From Camelus ferus (taxonomy: Eukaryota), in contig NC_045697.1 of assembly GCF_009834535.1 (NCBI RefSeq), forward strand, positions 55,244,001-55,308,000: 64,000 nt of DNA. The letters run 5' to 3'. A program made the translations under genes and the position numbers. Every line of letters begins with the position of its first letter. Position 1 is the first letter of the stretch. Shown piece by piece: positions 12,885-25,929 of this stretch. The notes under the pieces were generated by a model. That model had not been told where the DNA came from. It saw only the letters and a program-made list of their open reading frames with translations, and ran no database searches.

Positions 12885-13465
12885 CATATGTCTTTCTGTA
12901 GGTGAATGGATACACTATGATACATCCAGGCAATGAAATACTATTCAGCACTAAAAAGGAATGAGCTGCCAAGCCATGAAAAGACAGGAAAGAATTATAA
13001 AGGCATATAGAAGCATTATAAAGGTATAAGGAAGCCAATTTGAAAAGGCTGCATACTGTATGATTCCAACTAAACGACATTATGAAAAAGGCAAAACTAT
13101 AGAAAGGGTAAAATGATCAGTGGTTGCCAAAGGTTGGAGGTGGAGGGATGAATAGGTACAGAGGATTTTAGGGCAGTGAAAACACTCTCTGTGATAGTAT
13201 GATGATGGTACACATCATTATAAACTTATCCAAACTTAGGGTATCACTTTTGCCATTGTATTTTTCTTAAGGTAGGTGGCTATGGACTTTGACTGACTAT
13301 AATGTGTCAATGTAGTTTCATCATTTGTAACAAATATCCCATCCTGGTGGGAGATATGGATGATTGGAAAGGCTATGTATATGTGGAGGCAGGAAGTATA
13401 TTGGAAATCTCTATATTTGCTTTTCAATTTTGCTGTGAGCCTAAAACTTGTCTAAATTTTCTAAA
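12885..13465 (+). mobile_element. L1MC1-like 3' UTR
   Basis: GAATGAGCTGCCAAGCCATGAAAAGACA, GAAAAGGCTGCATACTGTATGATTCCAACT, AATTTTGCTGTGAGCCTAAAACT. Confidence 0.9.
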
Positions 13466-13751
13466 AAGTGAGACATGCTTGGGAGGAGGTGGGATTAGAG
13501 ACTGTCCTGGAAGGGAAGGTATTACTTTTTTTTTTTTTAAGTTTTAAGACAGGCTCCTCAAAAAAACCTCTAGAACCAAAAATGATCCACCCAAGAAAAA
13601 TACTGCCACCTTTCAAAATTATGGTTTTCACGTAGTCAAAATCGGGAGTAAGGGCACCACAGAACGATGGAAGAGGCCATGCTTAGGACAGATTTAGGAA
13701 GTATCAACTGTACATAAGAAAATATAGTGTAAGTGGGATTTGGAACAGAAT

Positions 13752-14496
13752 CAGTGGTACGCAGATGCATGTGTAACAACCATCTCTTTGGTAAAGAAAA
13801 ATCTGTTTGTAGTGTTGTTACCCCAAGGAGGGGAAAAGCTCCAGTTCTTGTCTTACTCAAAAGATAAGAATTCAGAAGGGAGATGAAAGTGTTGTATAAA
13901 CAAAGAGTTTATTAGCAAAGTGAAAGTACACATCCAAGGGCTCAAGACAGGCTGATCCAAGGGAGCAAAGGCTCTGATTCCTCCAACCCCTTTTTCTTTT
14001 GTGAGGTTACCTAGGGGCTATGTTAGATAGTTGGTATCATGTGAGTGGCATGTGTAGGTTATATAACCTTTTCCTTATTGTGCATGTCCTTGCCCACAGT
14101 GCATACAGAAAAGCCCATGGGGAGCAGTGCCTAAACTACAATGCTAATTATATTATAATGAGCACTGGGTCATGTCAGGTTGGGCCCTACTCTCTACTGT
14201 ACAGCTGCAGCTGTCTGGTTCTGTCTGGTTTCTTGCTGGCACTCATTTAGAGAAAATAAAACTCTTTGAAGCCCCTTATTCTGAGGGTGGGTGTACCGTT
14301 ATTTTCTGGATTGTTCTCTCCCCTTTCTACTCTCCTTGCTGATGCCCCTAGCTATCTAACTGCCTAACAGTGTTTGCCAATTTCTTTGGTGTAAATACTC
14401 CTACCATGGCACATATTGCTGAACATGGAGGAAGAAAGAGATGAATATAATTAGCTCTCATGTTTGTGCTGTCGTTTCCAGGATTCCACCAAACTG
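13752..14496 (-). mobile_element. MER63A-like hAT-Blackjack element split by a solo LTR (parts 13752-13815 and 14370-14496)
   Basis: CAGTGGT..TAACAACC..TTTGTAGTGT joins TTGCCAATTTC..TGGTGTAAATACTCCTACCATGGC once the LTR is removed. Confidence 0.8.
13816..14369 (-). mobile_element. Solo LTR, ERV1 class (554 bp)
   Basis: TGTTA...TAACA inverted termini, 4-bp TSD GTGT (13812-13815 and 14370-14373), TTTATT near 13908 giving AATAAA on the minus strand. Confidence 0.85.
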
Positions 14497-16894
14497 AATC
14501 CTGGGATAAGATTGTGGACATGCTTAAATTTTGCTACTTGTTCTTCAACTCTGTTCTTCACTTAGGAGAAATGCATTGAAATTTAAGAGCAGGTAAACAC
14601 TATGACTGAATAGTGGTCCGGTTTTGAGTTGTGATTATGGGAGTGGCCTGGAAAAGTATGTAGGTATAAAAGGCATTTAAAACGGTAATATGCAGGAAAA
14701 AGTAACTTGAGGTATGTACAGTGAGAAAGAAGAAGAAATCAAAGATGAATATTCATATGCTTTATTTAAGCATTTTTGTGTTAAATTGCTTGTATATCTC
14801 TTACTCCTTTTTTTTCTCTGTTGCAATTTGTTCCTGAAAACTGTATCATATTTCTCATTAACTGCTTTGGAAGTCTGCAGGACACTTGGAATTCTGGAAT
14901 AGGTGTATCAGTTACATGACACACTGAATCCACATTCTTAGAAACTAGTGAGAGAGCAGCATATGCTAAAAAGTGAGGGAATTAAGAGTCATCTAGAAAG
15001 TGGAGGAAACAAATATTGTCGCCATAGTATGCTTGTGAGGGTTTTGTAAAGAACTCTATGTAAAAAGCCTTGTGTCCTACCACGCACATCTGAATAATGT
15101 TAACAATTATTAAGAGGCAAATAATAATTAAAAGTAGAGATGTTTTCTTGACTATGCTGGAAGAGCAGGATGGTAAATGTGGGATTTAGGTGTACAGCTT
15201 CATTCGATTTTATTGCCTGAGAAATCTTTGCAGCATGTCAGGAAATTCCTCACCTCCACTAGAAAGCGGAGAAACCTGACTTATGGAGCAGAGTGTTTCT
15301 CCTAAAGTCACACAAGTCAGTACCAAAGCTTCGATCAGAATTAGATTGGGTAATTTATAATCATATGTCCTATTCCACTGCAACTGTTTACATAACAACG
15401 TGGAAGTAGCAAAAAGCCTAAAAATTTTTAAAAGCACAATAAAGCAAAACTAATAATCAAGTAGGAAGATCAGCACAGGTCGCTATTCTAACAAAGTCCT
15501 TACTATTGCCCACCCAAATGATAGCAGTAGCATCATGGCTGCTTGCTTTGCCACTTTCTCTTCTGCAATCCCCCTGTCAGATTTTAAGATTCCGCCTATT
15601 AGGTACAATTCCAACCTGACTAGCCTGTCTTGTACCTTTACAATTTCTAAAATCCTCTCATCTGTTTTATAAAATCCCTATCTTGTATTCCTCACTCGGA
15701 GGTTGATGGGGTTGTCATTCACTCACATTTTAATGTTTCTGTATTTGAGTCAGCTGATGACATAACAGATCCTCAACAAGTACTTTTTGTTAGATCAGTT
15801 CAGAAAATTCCTCCATTTCACATTAATAAAATATCTCAGGTGATGACTAAGACCCAAAAAGCCATGAAAATTATGAATTTATTATAAATGCTGGTATATT
15901 CTCCATTTTTGTTTGACTTGGCATTTCATTCTTGGTTTAACTCAATTTTGAAAGAAGCAATAATTTGCTTTGTTAGTGCTTGGAGCTGTAAGACTGACGG
16001 TTAGGTCTCAGTTTGTTGGCTAATTTGGTGTAAGCAGTCCGTTAAGTAAAACAACCAGTGTAATGGCTTTTTAAGTCACAGTCTTTTCCCGACTGTTCTA
16101 ATATGAATGAGATGCCTCAGTCAGGCAGACTTTTGTGACACAGACTTAACTTTAGCATGGGGAGGAGAGCACAAATTCTAGATTCAGACAGATGTGAAAT
16201 TATTGTGGGACCCTAAGTGATTTTACTAACATTTTTAACTCGTAAAAAAAATAGGATAATAGTAACTTTTTTTCCCAGGCCTATGTATTTTAATCTTTTT
16301 CTACTTCCAAAGAATTATATATATATGTCATTGAGCTATTATATCAGGATACAATATATAAATATAAACACTTTATTATACACAAGTAGAGAACCAAATA
16401 ATATTTTAAATTCTTGTTTCTCCAAAGTAAAACTTGACAGAGTAAAATTGAGATATAAAATACATATTACATATGTAAACTATATATATATTATCTTGAT
16501 ATATCCTGCAAAGAAAAAAATAATCCCTAAGAAATATGTTTACTTAATTGCTTTAAAAATTAAAAACAAAACCCAAAACCCCAAAACACTAACTTTGGAA
16601 ACTCAAAAGCAAAACAAGCTTTTTAACATGGTCTTTTTTATATACATATTATTTCACTCATGTTTTTCCATTCACAGTTCTGATATCTTTCCACATTCTT
16701 ACCCCTGAGAAACTTGCCAAGAACAAGAGAAAATAAATGAGCCATTGTAGCTAAAAAGTAAAAACAAGTAAGTAGATTACAGTAGAACCCAGCCAACCAG
16801 AGTGGGTATCAGCATTCCTGTGTTGAGTGCTAGTTATTTCAGGACAACACTGAACTGCAGTACAGACCTAGCATTTACCAAAATGAAAACATAC

Positions 16895-17110
16895 GTGCTA
16901 TCAAGGATGTGACTGCAGATTACGGATTTATGCAAGCAGGTAATCTGCGGAAGTTCTCATAGTTCCCGTTTTTGTCCGCATTCCTAGGAGAGCTGTTTGT
17001 TTTGGTTTGCTGCTGGATTGTGGTTTTTATCCAGGCAGGATGAGCTTCTGCAGCAATGAACCCAACCCACAGTGGACAGATAAAAGCGGCAGAAAGCTAT
17101 CGAGGCTGAT
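16895..17110 (-). other. Candidate non-coding exon or regulatory block (unique, CpG-retaining)
   Basis: 7 CpGs in ~210 bp against a depleted background; minus-strand donor CAC|GTATGT at 16895/16894; no recognisable coding frame. Confidence 0.3.
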
Positions 17111-18024
17111 TTACATAGCACTTCTCATCTGCATGCTCCACTCCAGCTCTGATTACCAGTGCCAGGATGTCACCATTTGTGATGATTTTTGGGAGGCTTG
17201 CAGATAGGCAATGAGTTCTGGAATCCTCCAGGAATATGTTTAAATGAGTTAAGGGAGAAAATGTTATTAAAATAACAAAATGTTTTCTTTTTCACTGACA
17301 GAATTAAGAGGCATATGGTTTTTAAGCTGTTGGGGGTTAATAGCAATTTTCTACTCACATATAGCTATCTTAAGAATACAAACATTTGCATTTACCTACA
17401 AAAATGGTCATTTTATGCCTGAGTGTGGAGGTGGAATGGTGGTAGAGATAAGGGTATGTGGGTTGACATATATACTTTCCTAAACCATTAAGTATCCTCT
17501 AAACCCTAATATTAAATTAAACATTTTAAGAAAAAAAATTTGATTCATATCTATATCTGCCTATTCTAGTAAGTTTCAAATGAGATGCTTGATAAATAAT
17601 CACAGAGGCTGGAGAAACTTTACCATTAACTTCTAGAAGATTCTACACTGTTTTAGAAAGTATTTTTCCCATTTATTTATTCCTTGACCACCAGAAATAA
17701 GTGAAGGGAAGGGTTGGAAAATGGGATGTTAGGTCATTTTAAACATGTTAAATTAATAAACTTATTTTCCAGAAGCCCACTGAGTAGTACTGTAACTTTT
17801 CTAGAAACTTAAGTGGATAAACATATTAGGTGAAAGAATAAGAATATTAAAACATTCTTCTATAGACATGATCATCATTCTGTTTATTTCAAAGTTTCTA
17901 TTTGTTCTTTACCCCTTAGGGCTTCATTCCAAAAGACCAGTTCTCTCTTGGTATTAAAGTCATTCTCTGGCAGAAATGCAATGCTTAGGGGAGCACATTA
18001 ACATTTCCGTCCTTACTAAACTAG

Positions 18025-18230
18025 TTCAGTGGTAAAGAGCATGGGCTGTGGAGCCAGATTGGCCTAAATTTGAATTTCAACTTCACAACTTAATAGCTGG
18101 GTGATTTAAAGCAAATTACTTAAACTCTAAGCATTCATTTTCTCATTGGGGGAAAAAATAAGAAAATACTTTCTTCACTTAGTTCACAACCTGTCTTACA
18201 GTAAAAACTAAATAAGAGCTGTTATTATTA
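18025..18230 (+). mobile_element. MIR
   Basis: AGTGGTAAAGAGCATGGGCTGTGGAGCCAGA..TTTGAATTTC..ACTTAATAGCTGGGTGA..GCAAATTACTTAAACTCT. Confidence 0.9.
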
Positions 18231-18761
18231 CAAAAATATAATGGTATGCGGCCAGCCTGTGAGCAGCCACGGACCAAGTATTAAGTGTCTTGGTGCCATT
18301 TTAAGGACACGTCATGTCTTTGAGCCAGTTACTGTGCTGAGAGCTATGGTTGTAACTCATTTGTCTTCTCATCTAGAAGCTGATATTGTTTTTTGCCCTT
18401 TGCTGAATTCAGCCCCATCACTCAGTCTATATATTTACTAGGCATATCATGATTTTTAACTGTAGTGAAAACCTTAAAACGTCCTATGGAAGAATCATAT
18501 TTAAAAATTCTGCTTACCTCTTACCCAAGCCCATCTCTCAATCTTTGCTCTAAGAAAGGTTTATACAATCCAACATTGGCACTTTTGTCCTTCCCAAAGA
18601 CCTTAACCCCAGGGAACCAGAATTTCCTCACCATCTTCATTACACCGAGTAATTAAGACTAGATCTATCATGTATCTTTAAATTTCTGTACTCTTTACCA
18701 ATAATTTCCTCTCCCCCCCAAAAACCTTGCAGGGGCAGAATTCTTAAAATTTACTGACAGC

Positions 18762-18781
18762 TATATATATATATATATATA
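18762..18781. repeat. (TA)n microsatellite
   Basis: About 10 perfect TA units. Confidence 0.9.
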
Positions 18782-20789
18782 AAGAAAATTCTTCTTCCTG
18801 CCCTCACTTCCTCCATTTCTTTTTATTTATATTCAATTATTTTGGCAAGTATTTCCTGAGAATACGGTATCTCTAGCCTTTAACTCATAGACTTCACATT
18901 TGTTAAATAGCTAAACACGAATAAGGGCGGGAATGGGAACTGTAACTCAGTAAAGCAATCTTTATGAATGTGATATAATTTTAAAAATATAGGCCTATTA
19001 CTATTTAAGGTCATGTGTATCATTCAATATGTTAAAGATTAGATTTCATAGATCTGAGTACCTGACATTCACATCCTCAAAAAATCTACCTAACACATCC
19101 ATTCTCATAGGCTGTATTAGCATCAGAAATAACTTAGACCAATCTCCACAGATAAACCACATTATCTTCAGTAAAAGAAAACAGCTACAACTAATCAATT
19201 GTCTTAAATTACCACAAACATTAATGTGTTTCCACACACACAAAAAAATCAGTTTTTAGCACTTTATGCCTTCAGGAAAAATGGCTATGTTAAGAGTTTG
19301 CAGATACTGTTGATCAGAATGTGGCTTTTTTATTGCTAGGTATCAGAATTATCATTATGATAATATGTTGAACTATAACATTAAATGACCTGAATCCATT
19401 AAGAGACAATTCTGTTTCTAAGAATTACAAAAACAATATGTATTTTGAAATGTATAAACACATTTATAAAGTGATTCTCTGGAAGAATCAGCAGCAGACT
19501 TTGCTTATGGGCTGTTTACTACTCTTTGTGTAGGCACTTTGAAATACCTGTGCTGGTGAGCATTTAAGGTCAAAACACCAAAATTTTAAACATAGTAAGA
19601 CAATCTTTCTATGAAGCATACATGGAAATAATAAGTTATAGCAAATCTACATGACACAGTGGCATATGAAACCATCATACATATAAGATGAAACTTCAGC
19701 TCCTGAGGAAAGAAAGCCAGGGTTGATTGAATCTTACACATTCCAGAAAATGCAAGAACAATTGAAAAATCCCTTATGTTAAAGCCATATTTAAAAGATC
19801 CATAAGGACTACAGTTGTATTTCAAGTATATGAATCTGAGTTACAGAAGCGACCTTCTGGTAGGGGTAGAGGATGATCTGTGGTGTCCACCTGCTACTGA
19901 CTGTGGTAACCAGCATCTCAGTATCAATCAGGCAAAGAACTTCATTTTCCTTACTTTACTGCAATAATTGATTATATTCGCTATGCCTTGGCTAATTTGC
20001 TCTGAATTACTGTACTTGCTCTCTTTTTATCAAGTTCATTTGCCTTCCTGACTGTGGACAGCACATAGACAATAACACTGTGGTCCCATTAGTTCAGATG
20101 GCAGGTGGGCTTTAGCGTTGAATCCAAATGGTAGTAAGTAGTATAATTGAAATAGATCAGTAGGGGCCCAAGAAGAGAGGAGAAAGAAGAGGGAGAGGAA
20201 CATTTATTCTATTTAAAGGGAAGCTTTGTGATTAAAGGAAAAAAATATGAGAGTTTTATGCATGTCATTTTTCATGTGTAGAAACAACACAAACCAACTG
20301 AAAAATAGAACACTTGGCACCTGGAAGAACTCAGTCTGAAAAAACTAAGTGTTTGCATCTTTATGGAAAAACAAACTTCTGTTCCTGTGCAGTAGTCTTA
20401 CTAGAGGAAATTAGTATGGAAATATCAGCTGTTAGCATTAGGATTTGATTTCTGTAAAGGATAAATGAGGACTTTTAATTTTATCTTTGCTTAATGAGCA
20501 AACTGGCTCCAGAGAGATGCAAAACTATTTTGGCAATGTGCCTACAACTTATGTCAGAGCTCCAAGGAGCAAGGTGTCAGCCCTGATGATACTTACATTA
20601 GGGATTTCATAGCTCATTCATCTCTGCCATGCTTCTCCCTCACCCAGGGTTACATGGCCACAAGGGACAATGCACCCTTTGGACCATTTGTGGTTTATGA
20701 ATTGTAAATCGAACGAGAGGGAGAGACAGCTTGACTAAACCCAAATTATGTTACAATAGATGGTAACGAATGTCCTGCTTTAGCAGGAT

Positions 20790-21000
20790 AATAGAACCCC
20801 TGCTTATTGGCAGTCATTCAGACTCTATCTCTCTCATCCATTTTCTCTCTTGGCCTTGACCCTAATCCAGCAATTGCACATCCCCAGCTGCTCTTTAAGC
20901 TGCCTCATTAGAGGCGCACCATTGGGCAGCTCCCATGACAGTCATCCAATGGGATGAAAGTGACATGGGGCCAAAGACTGTAACTGATTGGCAAGCATCG
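20790..21000. promoter_or_regulatory. Candidate promoter/enhancer with clustered CCAAT boxes
   Basis: ATTGG at 20806, 20921 and 20987 and CCAAT at 20946, in repeat-free, locally GC-richer sequence. Confidence 0.25.
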
Positions 21001-22799
21001 CAATGAAATATGAGACAGGGTTAGATGAAGGAGGCTTTGGAGAGAATTTGTAGAGGCTGAACAGTTAAGGAATTTTAAACACATATTAACTTTACTGTTC
21101 AGCACTTTAGTTTTTTTTAACTTTAGAGAAAAAACTCCAGACACCACAAAATTCCCCGTATAGAGCATAAAAAAAATTGACTTTAAAGACATTTTTTATT
21201 AAAATGTAAAATAATGTCTTTTGCTGTATAAAATGAATACTTTAGCCGCAAAACAGCTTAACTCCCATTGATATTTTCATAAAATTCTTACAGATGCATA
21301 GTTTAAGACTATAATTCAGAAATATACTATTTTCAGAACCATTTAGAAATGAGTGAAAGATATTTACATAATCTGAGAGAATCCAGTGAATTTTATCTAC
21401 ACTTCTACTGTCATAAATCTAGTTTACATCTTTATACATTCTAACAGAACGTTAATGTGTAGTGATAACTTAGTGAGCACTCAGTTAACTCAAAATAACA
21501 TCATCATATATGATCTTGGCACTAACTCTTATCACTGAATTTATTCTAGTTTTTTCAACAATGTATGTAATCCATCTATACTTATTTAATAACTCCATGA
21601 TATAAATTATTCTAATGTTTATTTATATTGGTATTAATTATTCCTTTCACTCAAAATCTTCTAGATCAAAGTAATTCTTTCCAGACAGTCATAGAAAATT
21701 GTATGTCATGTGTTAAAACTTCTCAGCTTTCATATCTTTAAATGCTTGAAGGCATGAAATGTGCCTCTGAACTAATTCTATAAAGATAAATGCCTGTTAG
21801 GTAATTGGAGGTAAGATGAGGGAAGTAGAAAGTATTTCAAGCAGAGGGAAAACCATATACAAATGCCCTTGCAGATGCCTTCAGGGACCCCTAGTGCATG
21901 CTTTAGTAAACTCTTGGAATGTAATAAACAGACATCATAAAGCCAGGTTAGGTTAAGGGGTGAGGGTGTATATATATACACTTGGGAGTAAACAAAGTGC
22001 AAGCTCAAGGAAATCCAAGTATAGAAACTCTCATATGGGAAGAACTCATTGTGGAATAAGAAACATCATTTACAAACCAAGTCAGTTCCAGAGACCCAGC
22101 ACCAGAAATACGTGGTGATTCAATTAGATGCTGTGCCATAATTCAACCCAACTACATTTCCTAGTTGTCTTTATCTGTTTAATTCTTTTATTTATAAATA
22201 CTGGCAGATTCTTCTTCTTAGACTTTGTAGAGGTGAAACATGATTTTTTTCAGTGTAACCAAAATCCTTGTTGCACCTTATTATAGCAATCCAAGCCATA
22301 AATCTGTGTTAGCTGCCCTTGGATCAAATGTTCTTCTTTGCTGACATAAATTGTAATTAGGAAGAAGGTAGGTGGTATAAAGAAGATTCACTGGATATTA
22401 TTCAGAGTCTAGTTGCTTAAGGCTGCATCCTGCAGCAGGGCTCTGGGAGAAGCAGTTTTCTTTAAGAGGAATTGTTGGCATGACAAGGAAGTGGATGATG
22501 GTAGAAATTTTATAATAAAGGATATAGAAGATCTCTGTCATATGGAGATCATGTGAGATTTTTCTTAGTTAAGTTAATTGAAACAAAGTTAATTGAAACA
22601 AATTTTACATTGCCAAAAGTTAAAATTCTACTAGTTGCCTATATTATAATGTATTCTACTTTTCTAGTGGCAAGATAAATTAATTTTTCTTTGAATATAC
22701 TGTGTTCACTAGATGATTAAAATATTTTATGGTTATATGCAAGGTATTCCTCATACTTCCCTAGTTTATTTAAGTTATTCTTTTCGTTTCCAGCTAAAC

Positions 22800-23050
22800 T
22801 TTGACTTTATTATTGAAGTCTTTGTTTACTTGAGGTTCAATCTCTTTACACCTATAATTTTCCCCATTATTAAGCACTTAATCACATTGCATTTACTTTA
22901 TTTTGCACATTTATATATTTTTCCACTATTGAGAAATCTCAGAAGCAGTAATTTTATTTTGTACTTCATCCTACTGCCTCTATAATGCATTACAAATTTG
23001 TTTATCATATAGTAGGAATGTAATAAATACTACATGGTGGAAGTAAATGA
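22800..23050 (+). mobile_element. L2 3' fragment
   Basis: AGCACTTAATCACATTG..TTCCACTATTGAGAAATCTCAGAAGCAG..CATATAGTAGGAATGTAATAAATA. Confidence 0.65.
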
Positions 23051-24829
23051 GTCTAAGATAAAGCATTTGAGAACTACAAGAGTGTTGCAGAAGGTATCTG
23101 AAGCAAAGGATTAAATCAATTTTGGGGATTCTTTCAGAAATAGATGATTTTATAAATCATAAACAAAAACAGATTATTTTTATAGATTGCTTTTTATTTG
23201 ACTTCGAAAAAGTCTTTACCAAACACTAATATCTGATTCAGCTTTCTGAAGAAGAATGCCTCATTCAACATAATGATTGTTTTCATTAAAATATGCTCAC
23301 TAACAACCACAGTCTTTCTCTAGTACACTAGAATTGTTCACAATCAGGAGTCCCCTATAGCTTATTTCTTCTGCAATAAGAACGAGGGCATTTGGGAGTA
23401 CTTGTCTGCTGACTCAGTCTCCAGAGCATAGTGAACTGCCAATATTGGTATTATGCCTTAGCCACTGTCCATCTACTTAAGAAACTGGTTTCTCTAGTGT
23501 AAAAACAATGAAAAGCAATGGATTTTTCTCTGTTAAACTTTAATGACTCAGAATGAGCATCATGAATGGTAAGCATGTAGTCATGTGTTGAACTAAAAAG
23601 ACTAGTAAAAGTTAAAAGAGCCTATTTAAAGTATAATAAACCAACTTACATTCAAGTTATCTCACTATATTCAATGATCATTACATTTTAGAGTAAAACA
23701 ATAAAATCACTCAATATTTTATTATATATTCAAGAAATGATAGAAATATCCAAATTTTGCAATAAAAACTTGTGACATGCTAGACAGTGTGATGGGAAAT
23801 GGGGAAACAAAGAGGTACTATATACAATCTGCAGTCTCAAGAATCTGTCTATAAGGAAAAGATGGTTAAACAACTATAATACAAGAATAGAATAAGTATG
23901 GCAAAATAAATATGCATGACATACTGTTGGGTTACATTTTAGGAAAAGAGTTGTTTCTTTTAAGAAAAATATAGACATATATTTTTCTGAGTCCTGAAGA
24001 ATGAGTAGTGTATCTCCAGACAGTAAAACAGTAGAGGAAGCAATTCCCCAAAGCTGTGCAAACAAAGACTTAGATAAATGAGAGCTCTCACTGTGTTAGC
24101 AGGATGGCTTTGTAAAGTATAGCTGGAATAAACAGGTAGTGCTTTCTTATAAGTGAGTAATCTGTTTTGAATATTCCCTTCCACATCTTCCTTCCTAAAA
24201 GTCTGGTGTATTCAAAAGGGTATAAGTTTGCCTTTCTTTTTAATACTATTGGAAGCCAGTCTGGGACATGGGTCTAAGGCAAGGAAAAGATTGCCAAGGC
24301 AGCCTCCGAACTTGTTCTTAAAGGCGTCAATAGATTTTTCTGTGGCCCAATCAGTTTATGTGACACTAAAGTATAGAGAAATTATTTGTGACAAAACCCT
24401 GGCTTGGTTAATTAGACGTTACGAAAGAGAACTACTTTATTTATAATGTCTTCGCAGTCTTAAAACCAGAGGAATTAGCTGGTCAGTAACACATTTCAAA
24501 GTGAGTTCTGAGCCACCCATTCCAAGGATGGGACCCACAGTCACTCATTTATATTAAAAACGGTCTGTACAGGGTAAGGTATCTCAAATGGGATAAGGAC
24601 TAAACAAATTAATTTAATTTGGAACAATTTAGGAGTAGAAGATAGGATATTTGTGCTGAAATATAGGTGGGAAATAAAATTGGAGATAATGTGTCAACAA
24701 CTCTTTATTTTCTCATAAACAAGAAAAAGTTTAGGGTATTAACTTTTAGTGCAGGATTTGGCTTAGCAGTGAATCAAGTTTCTTGGGACATATCCTGAAC
24801 GAAGCCATAGGTAGTAATAACAGTAATAA

Positions 24830-25060
24830 TAATCATAAAAATTATACTACTACTCTGTATTTATTGGTTACTTCCTATATTTCAGGTTTAGGACCAAGTA
24901 ATTTACACCATTATGTCATAAAATGGCCACAGCATTTTATCCCTATTTTGATAATTAGGTGATTTAGGCTCAGACAGGCTAAGCAGCTCATGCAAGTTGA
25001 CCCAACTAATAAATAATAGATCCAAGATTTTATCACAGGCAGTTTATTTTCACACTTTCC
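24830..25060 (-). mobile_element. MIR
   Basis: ATTTATTG..TTATCCCTATTTTGATAA..AGGCTCAGACAGGCTAAGCAGCT. Confidence 0.8.
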
Positions 25061-25929
25061 ATTTCTTGTAAAGAAATAGCATCTCTTATTCTGAGACAGA
25101 TTGGAAAGAGAACCAGGTAATTCAAATATTGGGAATACAGAGATTTCATTCCAAAAGTAGAACTGTTAATGAAGGTCCAGGGTATTCCTTAATTTATGCC
25201 CAACTCATAATTTCTGTAATACTTTGGATGGACCACCAAGAACCTTATTTTTTCAGAAGGATCTGCTGGCCTTATTGCTAGATGAGGGATCCACTTGAAA
25301 CAAGACTGTAGCAGTACTCAGACTCTGATTTGGGCACTGGCTCCCTCATACTAGAGAAGGCCAAGGTGAGAGTTCTGTGCTTGTGACACCAAAATGGTAC
25401 TATTCAAATTGAAGCCAGCCCACTGCCCAGCATGCTATTTGTTGAGAAGATACTGAAACTGAAAGATAACAAAACTGAAAAGATAAATTTATCCTTTAGA
25501 AAACTTAATCCAATAATTTTAATAATTTGGAGATCTGTGTTCATGTTGAGCTCTGCTGTACACAGCATTGGTGGTTGGGTGAAGCAAAAGATCAGTATTT
25601 ATGCTTCCATTTATTTTTCCATATTAAAATGGTAGAAGTGACAGAGGGAGCTCTTGGTGACTGCAGATGTTAAGCCATGGAATAGATATTTCCTCAGTGG
25701 AGCCACCATGAAAATGTTTGAGTTAGAGTCTTAGGAAAAGAGAGTACCCTAATTCTTGTGACTGTCAGCTCTAATGGATGAAGGAAGACAGTTGGGTCCA
25801 GCTATAGAGCCAGCACTGCAAAGAAGGTGTGCTCATTTACTTTACAATATTCAAGGAGATATTAAACTTCTACATTAATCTGAAATAGTTCTAATAGGCT
25901 ACAAGTCTGTTTCGATAAGAGAACATAGT

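Noticed and set aside
16217..16708. 163-aa ORF, the longest in the window
   Set aside because: I/Y/K/N/F-biased translation of AT-rich low-complexity DNA with a non-ATG start; no similarity recognised.
16798..16845. Possible pre-miRNA hairpin (AGCATTC/GAGTGCT stem)
   Set aside because: Stem is too short and dependent on G-U pairs; no known miRNA recognised.
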